Notes under the pieces: generated by a model
Told to the model about the DNA's origin: nothing
Database searches by the model: none
What the model saw: the letters and a program-made list of their open reading frames with translations, nothing else
Shown: piece after piece, positions 21,196 through 31,107 of the stretch
Layout of the letters: each line of letters begins with the position of its first letter
Numbering within the stretch: the stretch's first letter is position 1
Made by a program: the position numbers and the translations under genes
DNA from: an uncultured Spirochaetota bacterium
Lineage (GTDB): Bacteria > Spirochaetota > Brevinematia > Brevinematales > JAOACQ01
Direction of reading: 5' to 3'
DNA length: 64,000 nt
Assembly (NCBI GenBank): GCA_963783575.1
Contig: CAWAOD010000005.1
Span: forward strand, 448,001-512,000

Positions 21196-21438
21196 AACAA
21201 CGGCTATATCGCTCCGGTGCTCGAAAAAACTTTTCAGGGCGTAACGGAGGAGAAGAGAAAAGTTTTTCCTGCGCTCCTCGGGTTCGCCCGTTTTAGATTT
21301 TGATAAAATAGAAAGGAGTTCATCTTGACTATGATGATTATTAAAATAAAAGTCATTGTTTACGGGCTCACCACATTTGCAAGCCTAAGCGCGCGGGGCT
21401 GGCGCTAAGGCTTGCAAACGTCGTATAGCCGCACCGTT
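21196..21438 (+). repeat. attC-like site 8 (type A)
   Basis: Near-copy of site 2. Confidence 0.88.
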
Positions 21439-21520
21439 AGCTGAAAGTTACGGGAAGGGTTTAAATGAAAAATAACCGCGGCGTCCTGCCGCGATATGAT
21501 AATTATTTTTAGGAGATTTT

Positions 21521-24079
21521 ATGTATAAATCAGAAAATTTAGATGAATTACGGAAAAATAATCCAAACTATTTATCTAAAAAACCATTTGAACATCAAAA
21601 AGATGCTTTTATTAAGTTATCAAATTTATATGATTTAATAGACTTTAAGTCTGGAATTTTAGTTTTACCAACTGGAGCAGGAAAAACTTTTACTTCAATA
21701 AATTGGATATGTCGTAATATTATAGCAAAAGATATAAAAGTTTTATGGTTAGCCCATACATCTCATTTATTAGAACAAGCATACCATGAGTTTTGTAATA
21801 ATTTCTTAGATATTCCACCGCAAAAACAAATTATTAATATAAGAGTTGTTTCAAGTAATCCAAAACACTCAAATCCAAGCGAAATAAAAAACACTGACGA
21901 TGTGTTGATAATTACTTCTCAAACAGCCATTAGTAACTATAATTCTAATGCGACAGATATTTATGGAAAAAAAATTACAACACAATTTGAAATTTTTCTT
22001 TTCAATTCCAATGATAAAGGTCTATTTGTAGTTTTGGATGAAGCTCATCATGCTCCTGCTTATGGAGTACGAAATTTATTAATAGGAGGTTCAAAATTTA
22101 AAAAAGGAATCATGCAGATTGTACCTAATTGTAATTTTCTGGGTTTGACCGCTACGCCAACTTATTCTGAACCAAATAGAAGAGGTTGGTTATGGGAAAT
22201 TTTCAAAGATGGGATAATTTATCAAGCAGATAAAACAGAACTTGAAAAACAAGGAATTCTCGCAATACCTAATTATATTGATTATAATACAGAAATTCAA
22301 TTTGATTTAGATCAAAAATCCTATCAGCAAATTGTCAGAGAACATAAAGACCTACCAGAAAATATTATTGATAATTTAGCTAAAAATGAGCAAAGAAATA
22401 ATTTTATTGCTGAAATTTTTATTAAGAATAGAAAAACATTCGGAAAAACGTTTATATTTGCAGATCGTTGGTATCAATGTGTTTATATAAAAGAAAAATT
22501 TAAAAAGGCGAGAATAAAAGCTGATGCTGTTTTTTCAAGAATAGATGCAAAACTAACAACTGTAGAAGAAAGGAACTCAAATATAAAAACTGATAATGAT
22601 GAAATCCTTAATAAATTTAAACAGAATCAATTAGAAGTTTTATTAAATGTTCAAATGTTAACTGAAGGTACAGATGTCCCTGACGTAGATACAGTGTTCA
22701 TTACAAGACAAACAACAAGTTCAATTTTATTAACACAAATGATTGGAAGAGCATTAAGAGGAACACAGGCGCAGAAAAATGGAAAGATAAAAAATACAGC
22801 TAATATAGTATATTTTATTGATAATTGGCGTCAAGTCATTAACTTTGCATCAGCAACAGAAGGCGGTCTTGCTGAAACAGAAAAAGTAAAAGGTTATTAT
22901 CCAATTGAGTATGTTTCCATTAAATTGATTGAAGAGCTTTCCAGAAGAATTGATAGCGGAACTGTTCTTGCTGATATCCCATTTATTCAGTTATTACCTT
23001 ATGGTTGGTATGAAACTGAAATAACAGTCACAAAAGATGATGAGACTCAAAATTTCAAAGAATTTGTAATAGTATTTGAATCAAATAAAGTTAAATTTGA
23101 AAAATTTATTAATGATATACAAAAATCATTACCTTCTGAATGGGAAGATGAGAATTTATCTGAAGATTATATGTCTAAGCAAATTAAACAATGGGTTTAT
23201 AAGTATTTTTCAAAAGAAGATAATTTAAAAAATACTCTGGATTATGATTTATCAATAATAGCAAGGCATATTGCTCAAAATGAAAAAAAGCCACCGAAGA
23301 TTGTTTTATTTAAAGATCGCAATACACATGATTTATACAAAATTGCCTATGAAACAGTCGAAAAACGTATGGATGAACTGTCTATCTATGATATGTTAGA
23401 ATCAACTTATAATGACTCTGAAAAATTATGGAAAGCTTTTTATAAAAGTTTTGACAGATTTCAATCTGCATTTGATTTTGAAAAGAGATGTGCTGTTTAT
23501 AAAATTAAATATGGCAATACTCCTATAATTAAAATTGCAGACCCCGATATAATAAAACCAACACGGGAACCAACAGAAGAAGAAAAAGAAAAAATATTTA
23601 AACATGATAACTATACCTGTCAATGTTGTGGAAAATATATAAACCCCAATAGTAAAAAAGAAAGGCGGCTTTTAGTAATTGATCATGTAAGTGCTTATAA
23701 ATTTAGAGGAGATAGTTCTGATACTAATCTACAAACACTTTGTGTGACTTGTAATACACATAAAAATATTAACGAGATTAATTTTAGAGTTACTTGTTCA
23801 AAATTATTGAACCCAAAAGATTTTGAGGCTTTTAATGTAGATCAAAATGAAGATTTTGGTACAGTTTTAAAACGCATAATAAATTTCTTTTATAACTGTA
23901 AAGCAGTTTTAAATATAAATTGGTCTACTGATGGAAGAAATAAATATTCAAAAATATGGGAGATAGAACTGTATCCTGAAAATAAAATTGAATGGTTGAA
24001 ACAGAATAAACAAAAATTGATGAATTTTATTCGAAATGAGTTAGAATATAAACAATTAGAAAATATTATTATTAAATAA
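21521..24079 (+). CDS. Cassette 9: SF2 DEAH-box helicase (ResIII-like) fused to C-terminal HNH endonuclease
   Basis: LPTGAGKT, DEAHH, GLTATP, QMIGRALR; CQCCG...IDHV...NLQTLCVTCNTHK. Confidence 0.88.
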   Translation: MYKSENLDELRKNNPNYLSKKPFEHQKDAFIKLSNLYDLIDFKSGILVLPTGAGKTFTSINWICRNIIAKDIKVLWLAHTSHLLEQAYHEFCNNFLDIPPQKQIINIRVVSSNPKHSNPSEIKNTDDVLIITSQTAISNYNSNATDIYGKKITTQFEIFLFNSNDKGLFVVLDEAHHAPAYGVRNLLIGGSKFKKGIMQIVPNCNFLGLTATPTYSEPNRRGWLWEIFKDGIIYQADKTELEKQGILAIPNYIDYNTEIQFDLDQKSYQQIVREHKDLPENIIDNLAKNEQRNNFIAEIFIKNRKTFGKTFIFADRWYQCVYIKEKFKKARIKADAVFSRIDAKLTTVEERNSNIKTDNDEILNKFKQNQLEVLLNVQMLTEGTDVPDVDTVFITRQTTSSILLTQMIGRALRGTQAQKNGKIKNTANIVYFIDNWRQVINFASATEGGLAETEKVKGYYPIEYVSIKLIEELSRRIDSGTVLADIPFIQLLPYGWYETEITVTKDDETQNFKEFVIVFESNKVKFEKFINDIQKSLPSEWEDENLSEDYMSKQIKQWVYKYFSKEDNLKNTLDYDLSIIARHIAQNEKKPPKIVLFKDRNTHDLYKIAYETVEKRMDELSIYDMLESTYNDSEKLWKAFYKSFDRFQSAFDFEKRCAVYKIKYGNTPIIKIADPDIIKPTREPTEEEKEKIFKHDNYTCQCCGKYINPNSKKERRLLVIDHVSAYKFRGDSSDTNLQTLCVTCNTHKNINEINFRVTCSKLLNPKDFEAFNVDQNEDFGTVLKRIINFFYNCKAVLNINWSTDGRNKYSKIWEIELYPENKIEWLKQNKQKLMNFIRNELEYKQLENIIIK

Positions 24080-24169
24080 ATATCTAATTTATTGATTAAA
24101 TAAAGGATGATTATAAACAGCGCCATCCTTGGCTTTTCTGGTTGTGCCGACTTCCCGTAACCTTCAGCT

Positions 24170-24321
24170 AACAAGGCATAGCTGTTCCGCTCCGTCCTCG
24201 CGCGGCTCCGGGCGGTGCTCAGCCTTCGGCACATTTGCCTTTGTCATCTTTTTTGCGCGTGGGATGCAAAAAAGACGCCAATCGCTGACGCGAACGGCAA
24301 ACGTCGCCAAGCTGTACCGTT
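24170..24321 (+). repeat. attC-like site 9 (type B, short)
   Basis: Matches site 3 but lacks its AT-rich loop insert and differs near the GTT end. Confidence 0.85.
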
Positions 24322-24378
24322 ATATGCAATGCCTTAAATTTTCTTGTTTTATAAATATTAGTATAATAGGAGGTTAAA

Positions 24379-24873
24379 ATGAATCCTAATGTTAATTTGA
24401 CATTATTTTCTAAGGATAGTTATCGCTCGACCCGACAAGGGAAAATGGTGCTTAATTTTAGTGCGCTCCAAATATTTCCCTTATTGTGCCCAGTAGAAGA
24501 GTATAAATGGTTCCCAGGCTGGGAATGTATAATGGTATATTCCAAAACAGGGATTGCAGAGAAAGATGCCGTCTTTTTAACCAAAGAAAAGGACGGTTCT
24601 AATATTGTCTGGACAGTTATCACATATGATCCACCCAATTTAATTGAATTTAGTATCGTAAACGGTCTGAATTCCGTCGAGAGATTCAGTATTATTTTGA
24701 CAGAGATATCTCATAAAAGTACTGAACTTGAATGGAAAATCATGAATACATCTTATTCAAAAAATAGTATTGAACAAAACAAAAATCAAAATAATGAATC
24801 TTTTAATATTTTTTTAGAAGATAGAAAAAAGGAAATGGACTACTATCTACGGACAGGGAAAATAATTCAATAA
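24379..24873 (+). CDS. Cassette 10: SRPBCC-like protein
   Basis: IFPLLCPVEEYKWFPGW...WTVITYDPP pattern. Confidence 0.65.
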   Translation: MNPNVNLTLFSKDSYRSTRQGKMVLNFSALQIFPLLCPVEEYKWFPGWECIMVYSKTGIAEKDAVFLTKEKDGSNIVWTVITYDPPNLIEFSIVNGLNSVERFSIILTEISHKSTELEWKIMNTSYSKNSIEQNKNQNNESFNIFLEDRKKEMDYYLRTGKIIQ

Positions 24874-24897
24874 TTATATTAATAAGGCACTGCGCAC

Positions 24898-25050
24898 AAC
24901 AGCAAGTCAGCGGTTGCGCTCGAGTACTCGCTCCACCCAAATCGCCGGGCTGGTTGAAAGCAATTAAATATGTTAATTTTTATAAATGCTTTTTGATATA
25001 ATATTTACAGCTTAATTAAATACCGGCGACTTCGCCGACTTGCACCCGTT
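24898..25050 (+). repeat. attC-like site 10 (type C, divergent)
   Basis: AACAGCAAGTC...GACTTGCACCCGTT; internal TCGCCGG/CCGGCGA stem. Confidence 0.8.
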
Positions 25051-25164
25051 GTACGAAAATTTCCGGGCCGAAGCTGATGATATTACTTTTCCGGCGTCCT
25101 TGCCGGAAAAATGATTTATTATTTAAAATGTATTAGAATTTATATCGATTAGTAGAGGTTTTAA

Positions 25165-26439
25165 ATGGCATTATTATCAGAAATTGAATCTGCACTAATG
25201 CTTGGAATTACAGTTGAATTATTAAATTCATATACAAAATATTGTCCAAAATCTGGCGAAAATGTTAAATTAAAATATAAAATAGTAAAAGGTATAAAAC
25301 ATTTTGAAAAAGATGATATTCTATTTTATCATAAATATTTAAACAGTCCGTGGCCTATGCCAAAAAAAGGAGAAAGACCATATATTCCTAAAGCAATCCA
25401 AGATTTTATAAAGTTTGAATCACATTATTCCTGTTCAATTTGCGGTCATATGGATAATGGTGAAATAGCACATATTGAAGCAGTTTCAACAACACTAAAT
25501 AATAGTCCAGATAATCTTATTTATTTATGTCCAAATCATCATACAAAATATGATTATGGTTACAAACCTAATAGTAATGTTACATTAGAAGAAATTCGTG
25601 CTTCAAAACTTTTAAAAAGAAATGCTTTACAAAGAGTGATGAAATATGAGTCTAATACAGTTAAATTATTAAAAGTTACATTATTAAACATAAAATCAAT
25701 CAGTGAAAAACTAGCCTTTGAAAGTGATAAAACAATGCTAGAGATTTATAATGTTGAATTACAAAACATTGTGAAGAATTTACCAGAATATATAGATAAA
25801 GCAAATGATGACGCAAAAAAAGATATAAGTTTAGTAAATGAAAAAGAACTATTATCTAAAAATGCACCAAATTTAATAAAATATTCAAATATAATAATAA
25901 AAGATTCTTCTTTGTTCAAAACATCCGTTGACTCAATAATCAAGATTTCTAACGAAATATTTATTGATTTAGATGAATATCCCTGTCCTCATTGTGGAGG
26001 AAGCGGACTAACAGGATTACTCGGTGATATATGTGTTTATTGTAAAGGTTCTTGTGTAGTCTCAAAGCAAATGGTTAATAGTTATGACTCTAATAAAATT
26101 GATGAAGTTGAATGTCCTCATTGTGGAGGAAGCGGACTAACAGGATTACTCGGTAATATATGTATTTATTGTAAAGGTTCTCGTAGAGTATCTCATAAAA
26201 AGTTTGATCAGTATGATCCAGATAAAATCGATGAAGTTGATTGCCCTCGTTGTGGGGGAAGCGGACTAACAGGATTACTCGGTGATATATGTACTTATTG
26301 TAAAGGTTCTCGTAGAGTATCTCATAAAAAGTTTGATGAGTATGATCCCGATGAAACCAATGAAGTTGAATGTCCTCATTGTAGGGGAAGTGGTCTATCA
26401 GGATTAGTCGGTAATGTATGTAAATTATGTAAAGGTTAA
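25165..26439 (+). CDS. Cassette 11: HNH endonuclease with four C-terminal CxxCxGxG zinc-finger repeats
   Basis: CSICG...EIAHI...NLIYLCPNHHTKYD; repeats CPHCGGSGLTGLLGDICxYCKGS. Confidence 0.8.
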   Translation: MALLSEIESALMLGITVELLNSYTKYCPKSGENVKLKYKIVKGIKHFEKDDILFYHKYLNSPWPMPKKGERPYIPKAIQDFIKFESHYSCSICGHMDNGEIAHIEAVSTTLNNSPDNLIYLCPNHHTKYDYGYKPNSNVTLEEIRASKLLKRNALQRVMKYESNTVKLLKVTLLNIKSISEKLAFESDKTMLEIYNVELQNIVKNLPEYIDKANDDAKKDISLVNEKELLSKNAPNLIKYSNIIIKDSSLFKTSVDSIIKISNEIFIDLDEYPCPHCGGSGLTGLLGDICVYCKGSCVVSKQMVNSYDSNKIDEVECPHCGGSGLTGLLGNICIYCKGSRRVSHKKFDQYDPDKIDEVDCPRCGGSGLTGLLGDICTYCKGSRRVSHKKFDEYDPDETNEVECPHCRGSGLSGLVGNVCKLCKG

Positions 26440-26566
26440 TGTGTTGTAACTAAGATAGTATATAAAGAATATATCAAGAAATATGGAACTATTGGCGATT
26501 AAAGCCTCCGCCGTCCTGGGCTCCGGCTTTTTGCTTAAACATTCGGCCCGGAAAACATCGTACAAC

Positions 26567-28361
26567 GGCCTTGTAGAAAAAGTTAATTTCAGGTAATAAT
26601 CCTCCATTCCCAAACAGTTTGTTTTTTTTGATCTGTCTGGAATTACTTTATTTATATAAAACCGGGCTGAATTTACCGGCAAAGCTGCTTTTATTCCATC
26701 ACTATGCCATTATATCCCTCCATAGACCTGAATTTTCCCGATATTGTGCACAGTATTATATAATACCCATTGAATATTCACTTTTCCCTTTCCCCTCAGC
26801 GTAAATCGATCCATACCTTTACATGCCCTTATATTCCCGAATACAGGCTCAACTATAGCCATTCTTTTCGCATAAAGCTTTCTGCCTTAAGGTGTATCTA
26901 TGAACTTTCTCATTTCGTCCGAGTAATGTCTGTTATCCGCATTCAATGGCCTTTGCAACATCGTGTTGCTGTCGAACTAACGTTCGACGGCCTTTTTGGC
27001 TATATAGTAGCTCTTATGGAACCTCCGTGTTCCCAAGGTTGTTTGATTTTATTTTAATTCTTCAGGAAGTCTTTCCGGAATGGACAATTACGGCAGGACA
27101 ATAACCGGCAGATATACTTCGCATATGTAATATGATTCACCGTATGGTTATATCTGAACCTGAGTTCCTCTCCTTTCTTGCATATATAAACATTATTTTC
27201 CGGATCATATTGAAAATCATCAATTGTATACTGCCCTTTCTTCGCAGGCTTATGTCTGTCAGCGGTTTCAAACCTGCAATCGCGCTTCCTGAAATTCGTA
27301 TCCGGGATGACCGGTTTCATACCGTTTTGCGAAATATATTTCAGGTTCTTTTCGCTGAAATAATTGGTGTCCGCAGTGATTATTTTATCCTTTAAATCTT
27401 TTCCCAATTCTACTTTTGCTTTACGGATCATCCCTTTCAGGAATTCCCCCTCAGACCCGCTCCCAAAAGCTTCGGGATATACCACAACCTGATACTTCGA
27501 ATCCACTACAGAAAGTCCGTTGTAGCCCTGGATAACACCATGTGAACTCTTTATTTTCGCACTCTCGTTGTCAGTGACATTGGACTGCTTTTCACCATGC
27601 CGTGCCTTGTTTTTGGGTTTTTCACTTTCCAGAAACTTTTCTATCTTTTCCGCTTTCTTTAAAATCTTCTCGATCCGTGCCAGATCTTTTTCCTTATCCT
27701 TCTCAGGAAAACCGCCGGCCTGATCACGCTTTTCATGTTCATCAAGCATTTCCTTAACCAGGTTTTCCAGCTTCTCTTTTTTCTTCTTCAAATCCTTAAA
27801 TGTTCCGCTCCATTCCTTTGATGCATTTGACGATAGTTTGCACCCGTCCAGCGCGAACATATCCCCGCCTATGAGATTCAGTTCGTCACAAACCATTAAT
27901 ATATTCAGGAATACGGTATTTATCTCATTTTTCATCGATGATACAAAATCGGCGATGGAAGTAAAGTGCGGTATTGAATTGGCGGAAATGGCTTTGGCTA
28001 TAATATTCGTTTTACACAAATACTCGATTTCACGTGATGTAAAAATACCGCGGGAATAGCTGTAGAGTATTATTTTGAGCATAACCCGCGGATTATAAGC
28101 CGGGGCACCGGTAGCATCGTTCTTATACTTATTCTCAAAGATTTTAAGATCAATTCTGTTGTCAACAAGAAAACTGAGTGTATATTCAAATGTTCCCGGT
28201 ATAATCTGCTCATCGAATGAGACAGGTATGAGTTCCATTTGATCGTAATTAACTTTCTTATATCTTGCCATAATTGCTTTTACCTCTTGATTTTATTTCC
28301 AATATATTTTAAAGTATATACGATATTCTGTACATGAATGACGGACTTTTTCTACAGGCTC
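26567..28361 (-). mobile_element. IS1182-family element, copy 1, inserted at attC AAC core
   Basis: TIRs GGCCTTGTAGAAAAAGT / ACTTTTTCTACAGGCTC; (C)AAC duplicated. Confidence 0.9.
27054..28271 (-). CDS. IS1182 transposase N-terminal part; C-terminal part 26710-26961 has an extra stop in this copy
   Basis: GAPAYNPRVMLKIILY, FALDGCK, SNVTDNES, QGYN, TADTNY. Confidence 0.85.
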   Translation of the reverse strand: MARYKKVNYDQMELIPVSFDEQIIPGTFEYTLSFLVDNRIDLKIFENKYKNDATGAPAYNPRVMLKIILYSYSRGIFTSREIEYLCKTNIIAKAISANSIPHFTSIADFVSSMKNEINTVFLNILMVCDELNLIGGDMFALDGCKLSSNASKEWSGTFKDLKKKKEKLENLVKEMLDEHEKRDQAGGFPEKDKEKDLARIEKILKKAEKIEKFLESEKPKNKARHGEKQSNVTDNESAKIKSSHGVIQGYNGLSVVDSKYQVVVYPEAFGSGSEGEFLKGMIRKAKVELGKDLKDKIITADTNYFSEKNLKYISQNGMKPVIPDTNFRKRDCRFETADRHKPAKKGQYTIDDFQYDPENNVYICKKGEELRFRYNHTVNHITYAKYICRLLSCRNCPFRKDFLKN

Positions 28362-28516
28362 AACAGCGCGTAGACGCTGCGCTCCTCGGCTATCGCTAAG
28401 GCGACCGGCTGCGGCCTTAGCCTGCGGTGCTCGGGCTTCGCCAAATTTGCCTTTGGCACACATTTTTGCAAAGCAAAAAGATGTGACAAAGGCAAACTTC
28501 GTCTACGCGAACCGTT
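28362..28516 (+). repeat. attC-like site 11 (separated from its cassette by IS1182)
   Basis: AACAGCGCGTAGACG...CGTCTACGCGAACCGTT. Confidence 0.83.
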
Positions 28517-28575
28517 GTACGCCATATCGTCCAGCAAAATTGAATTATACAAATAATAATACAAATAATATGTAC

Positions 28576-28604
28576 TTGACATCATAAATAAAAAATGATA
28601 TAGT
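28576..28604 (+). promoter_or_regulatory. Sigma70-type promoter of TA cassette
   Basis: TTGACA-17 nt-TATAGT with TGn extension; ATG follows after 5 nt. Confidence 0.7.
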
Positions 28605-28609
28605 TATTT

Positions 28610-28972
28610 ATGTGGATTATTGATAGATCTGAAGAAATAATTAAATGGATTCAAGGATTGGATGATGATGCAAAGGAATCAATATTACAGCATTTGATTA
28701 TTCTAAAAAATATTGGACCTTCTTTAGGAAGACCATATGTTGACTTAATTGATGAAAGTAAACATAAGAATATGAAAGAATTAAGGGTTCAAAATAAAAA
28801 AAGAGCTTTTAGAATATTCTTTGCCTTTGATCCTGAAAGAAAAGCAATCTTATTAATTGGTGGAGATAAAAAAGGCAATAAAAATTTCTACAAAGAAATA
28901 ATACCAAAAGCAGATAATTTATATGACATACATTTAAAAGAATTGGAGAAAAAATATGAAAGAAAAAGTTAG
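28610..28972 (+). CDS. Cassette 12: RelE/ParE-like (Gp49/HigB-type) toxin
   Basis: GPSLGRPYVD...MKELRVQ...RIFFAFDPERKAILLIGGDK. Confidence 0.9.
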   Translation: MWIIDRSEEIIKWIQGLDDDAKESILQHLIILKNIGPSLGRPYVDLIDESKHKNMKELRVQNKKRAFRIFFAFDPERKAILLIGGDKKGNKNFYKEIIPKADNLYDIHLKELEKKYERKS

Positions 28973-29279
28973 TAAGAGAGACTTTTTAGATGAATTATCA
29001 AATACTCTCTCTCCTGAAAGAGTTGAAAGAGCTAAAACAAATGCTGATAAAGAAATATTTAAGATCAGATTGTCAGAATTAAGAAAACAAATGGGAGTTA
29101 AACAAGAAGAAATAAAATCCTTTTCTCAATCCAGTATATCCAGAATAGAATCAAGAAAAGATATGAAAGTTTCAACTCTTATTGAATATTTAGAAGATAT
29201 TGGAATGGGTCTTGAAATTAAAGTATATCCAAAAAAAAGAAGTAATAAAAACAAAGAAGTAACATTATTGCGAGTCTGA
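28956..29279 (+). CDS. Cassette 12: XRE-HTH antitoxin
   Basis: LSELRKQMGVKQ...SQSSISRIESRKDMKVSTL; overlaps toxin gene. Confidence 0.88.
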   Translation: MKEKVSKRDFLDELSNTLSPERVERAKTNADKEIFKIRLSELRKQMGVKQEEIKSFSQSSISRIESRKDMKVSTLIEYLEDIGMGLEIKVYPKKRSNKNKEVTLLRV

Positions 29280-29455
29280 TTCTACCGACAGCTGGACGAT
29301 ACGGCGTACAACGGCCTTGTAGAAAAAGTTAATTTCAGGTAATAATCCTCCATTCCCAAACAGTTTGTTTTTTTTGATCTGTCTGGAATCACTTTTTTTT
29401 TATAAAACCGGGCTGAATTTACAGGCAAAACTGTTTTTATTCCATCACTATGCCA

Positions 29456-29707
29456 TTATATACCTCCATAGACCTGAATTTTCCCGATATTGTGCACAGT
29501 ATTATATAATACCCATTGAATATTCACTTTTCCCTTTCCCCTCAGCGTAAATCGATCCATACCTTTACATGCCCTTATATTCCCGAATACAGGCTCAACT
29601 ATAGCCATTCTTTTCGCATAAAGCTTTCTGCCTTCAGGCGTATCTATGAACTTTCTCATTTCGTCCGAGTAATGTCTGTTATCCGCATTCAATGGCCTTT
29701 GCAACAT
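29456..29707 (-). CDS. IS1182 transposase C-terminal part
   Basis: YAKRMAIVEPVFGNIR...FTLRGKGKVNIQW...VHNIGK. Confidence 0.75.
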   Translation of the reverse strand: MLQRPLNADNRHYSDEMRKFIDTPEGRKLYAKRMAIVEPVFGNIRACKGMDRFTLRGKGKVNIQWVLYNTVHNIGKIQVYGGI

Positions 29708-29799
29708 CGTGTTGCTGTCGAACTAACGTTCGACGGCCTTTTTGGCTATATAGTAGCTCTTATGGAACCTCCGTGTTCCCAAGGTTGTTTGATTTTATT

Positions 29800-31017
29800 T
29801 TAATTCTTCAGGAAGTCTTTCCGGAATGGACAATTACGGCAGGACAATAACCGGCAGATATACTTCGCATATGTAATATGATTCACCGTATGGTTATATC
29901 TGAACCTGAGTTCCTCTCCTTTCTTGCATATATAAACATTATTTTCCGGATCATATTGAAAATCATCAATTGTATACTGCCCTTTCTTCGCAGGCTTATG
30001 TCTGTCAGCGGTTTCAAACCTGCAATCGCGCTTCCTGAAATTCGTATCCGGGATGACCGGTTTCATACCGTTTTGCGAAATATATTTCAGGTTCTTTTCG
30101 CTGAAATAATTGGTGTCCGCAGTGATTATTTTATCCTTTAAATCTTTTCCCAATTCTACTTTTGCTTTACGGATCATCCCTTTCAGGAATTCCCCCTCAG
30201 ACCCGCTCCCAAAAGCTTCGGGATATACCACAACCTGATACTTCGAATCCACTACAGAAAGTCCGTTGTAGCCCTGGATAACACCATGTGAACTCTTTAT
30301 TTTCGCACTCTCGTTGTCAGTGACATTGGACTGCTTTTCACCATGCCGTGCCTTGTCTTTGGGTTTTTCACTTTCCAGAAACTTTTCTATCTTTTCAGCT
30401 TTCTTTAAAATCTTCTCGATCCGTGCCAGATCTTTTTCCTTATCCTTCTCAGGAAAACCGCCGGCCTGATCACGCTTTTCATGTTCATCAAGCATTTCCT
30501 TAACCAGGTTTTCCAGCTTCTCTTTTTTCTTCTTCAAATCCTTAAATGTTCCGCTCCATTCCTTTGATGCATTTGACGATAGTTTGCACCCGTCCAGCGC
30601 GAACATATCCCCGCCTATGAGATTCAGTTCATCGCAAACCATCAGTATATTAAGGAATATGGTATTTATCTCATTTTTCATCGAAGAAACAAAATCGGCG
30701 ATTGAAGTAAAGTGCGGTATTGAATTGGCGGAAATGGCTTTGGCTATAATATTCGTTTTACACAAATATTCGATTTCACGTGATGTAAAAATACCGCGGG
30801 AATAGCTGTAGAGTATTATCTTCAGCATAACCCGCGGATTATAAGCCGGGGCACCGGTAGCATCGTTCTTATACTTATTCTCAAAGATTTTAAGATCAAT
30901 TCTGCTGTCAACAAGAAAACTGAGTGTATATTCAAATGTTCCCGGTATAATCTGCTCATCGAATGAGACAGGTATGAGTTCCATTTGATCGTAATTAACT
31001 TTCTTATATCTTGCCAT
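29800..31017 (-). CDS. IS1182 transposase N-terminal part
   Basis: Near-identical to 27054-28271. Confidence 0.85.
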   Translation of the reverse strand: MARYKKVNYDQMELIPVSFDEQIIPGTFEYTLSFLVDSRIDLKIFENKYKNDATGAPAYNPRVMLKIILYSYSRGIFTSREIEYLCKTNIIAKAISANSIPHFTSIADFVSSMKNEINTIFLNILMVCDELNLIGGDMFALDGCKLSSNASKEWSGTFKDLKKKKEKLENLVKEMLDEHEKRDQAGGFPEKDKEKDLARIEKILKKAEKIEKFLESEKPKDKARHGEKQSNVTDNESAKIKSSHGVIQGYNGLSVVDSKYQVVVYPEAFGSGSEGEFLKGMIRKAKVELGKDLKDKIITADTNYFSEKNLKYISQNGMKPVIPDTNFRKRDCRFETADRHKPAKKGQYTIDDFQYDPENNVYICKKGEELRFRYNHTVNHITYAKYICRLLSCRNCPFRKDFLKN

Positions 31018-31107
31018 AATTGATTTCCCCTCTTGATTTTATTTACAATATATTTTAAAGTATAACCGTTATTTTGTACATGAATGACGGACTTTTTCTA
31101 CAGGCTC

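Larger units (their letters stand above)
29313..31107 (-). mobile_element. IS1182-family element, copy 2, inserted at attC AAC core
   Basis: Same TIRs and (C)AAC duplication as copy 1. Confidence 0.9.

Noticed and set aside
11351..24377. Short ORFs overlapping attC-like sites (11351-11635, 12303-12512, 16706-17102, 20282-20467, 23890-24377; also 28352-28585)
   Set aside because: Translations of GC-rich palindromic repeats with no coding signal
29708..29799. Simple -1/+1 programmed frameshift or group I intron in the IS1182 gap
   Set aside because: All three frames contain stops, and the gap is far too short for a group I core
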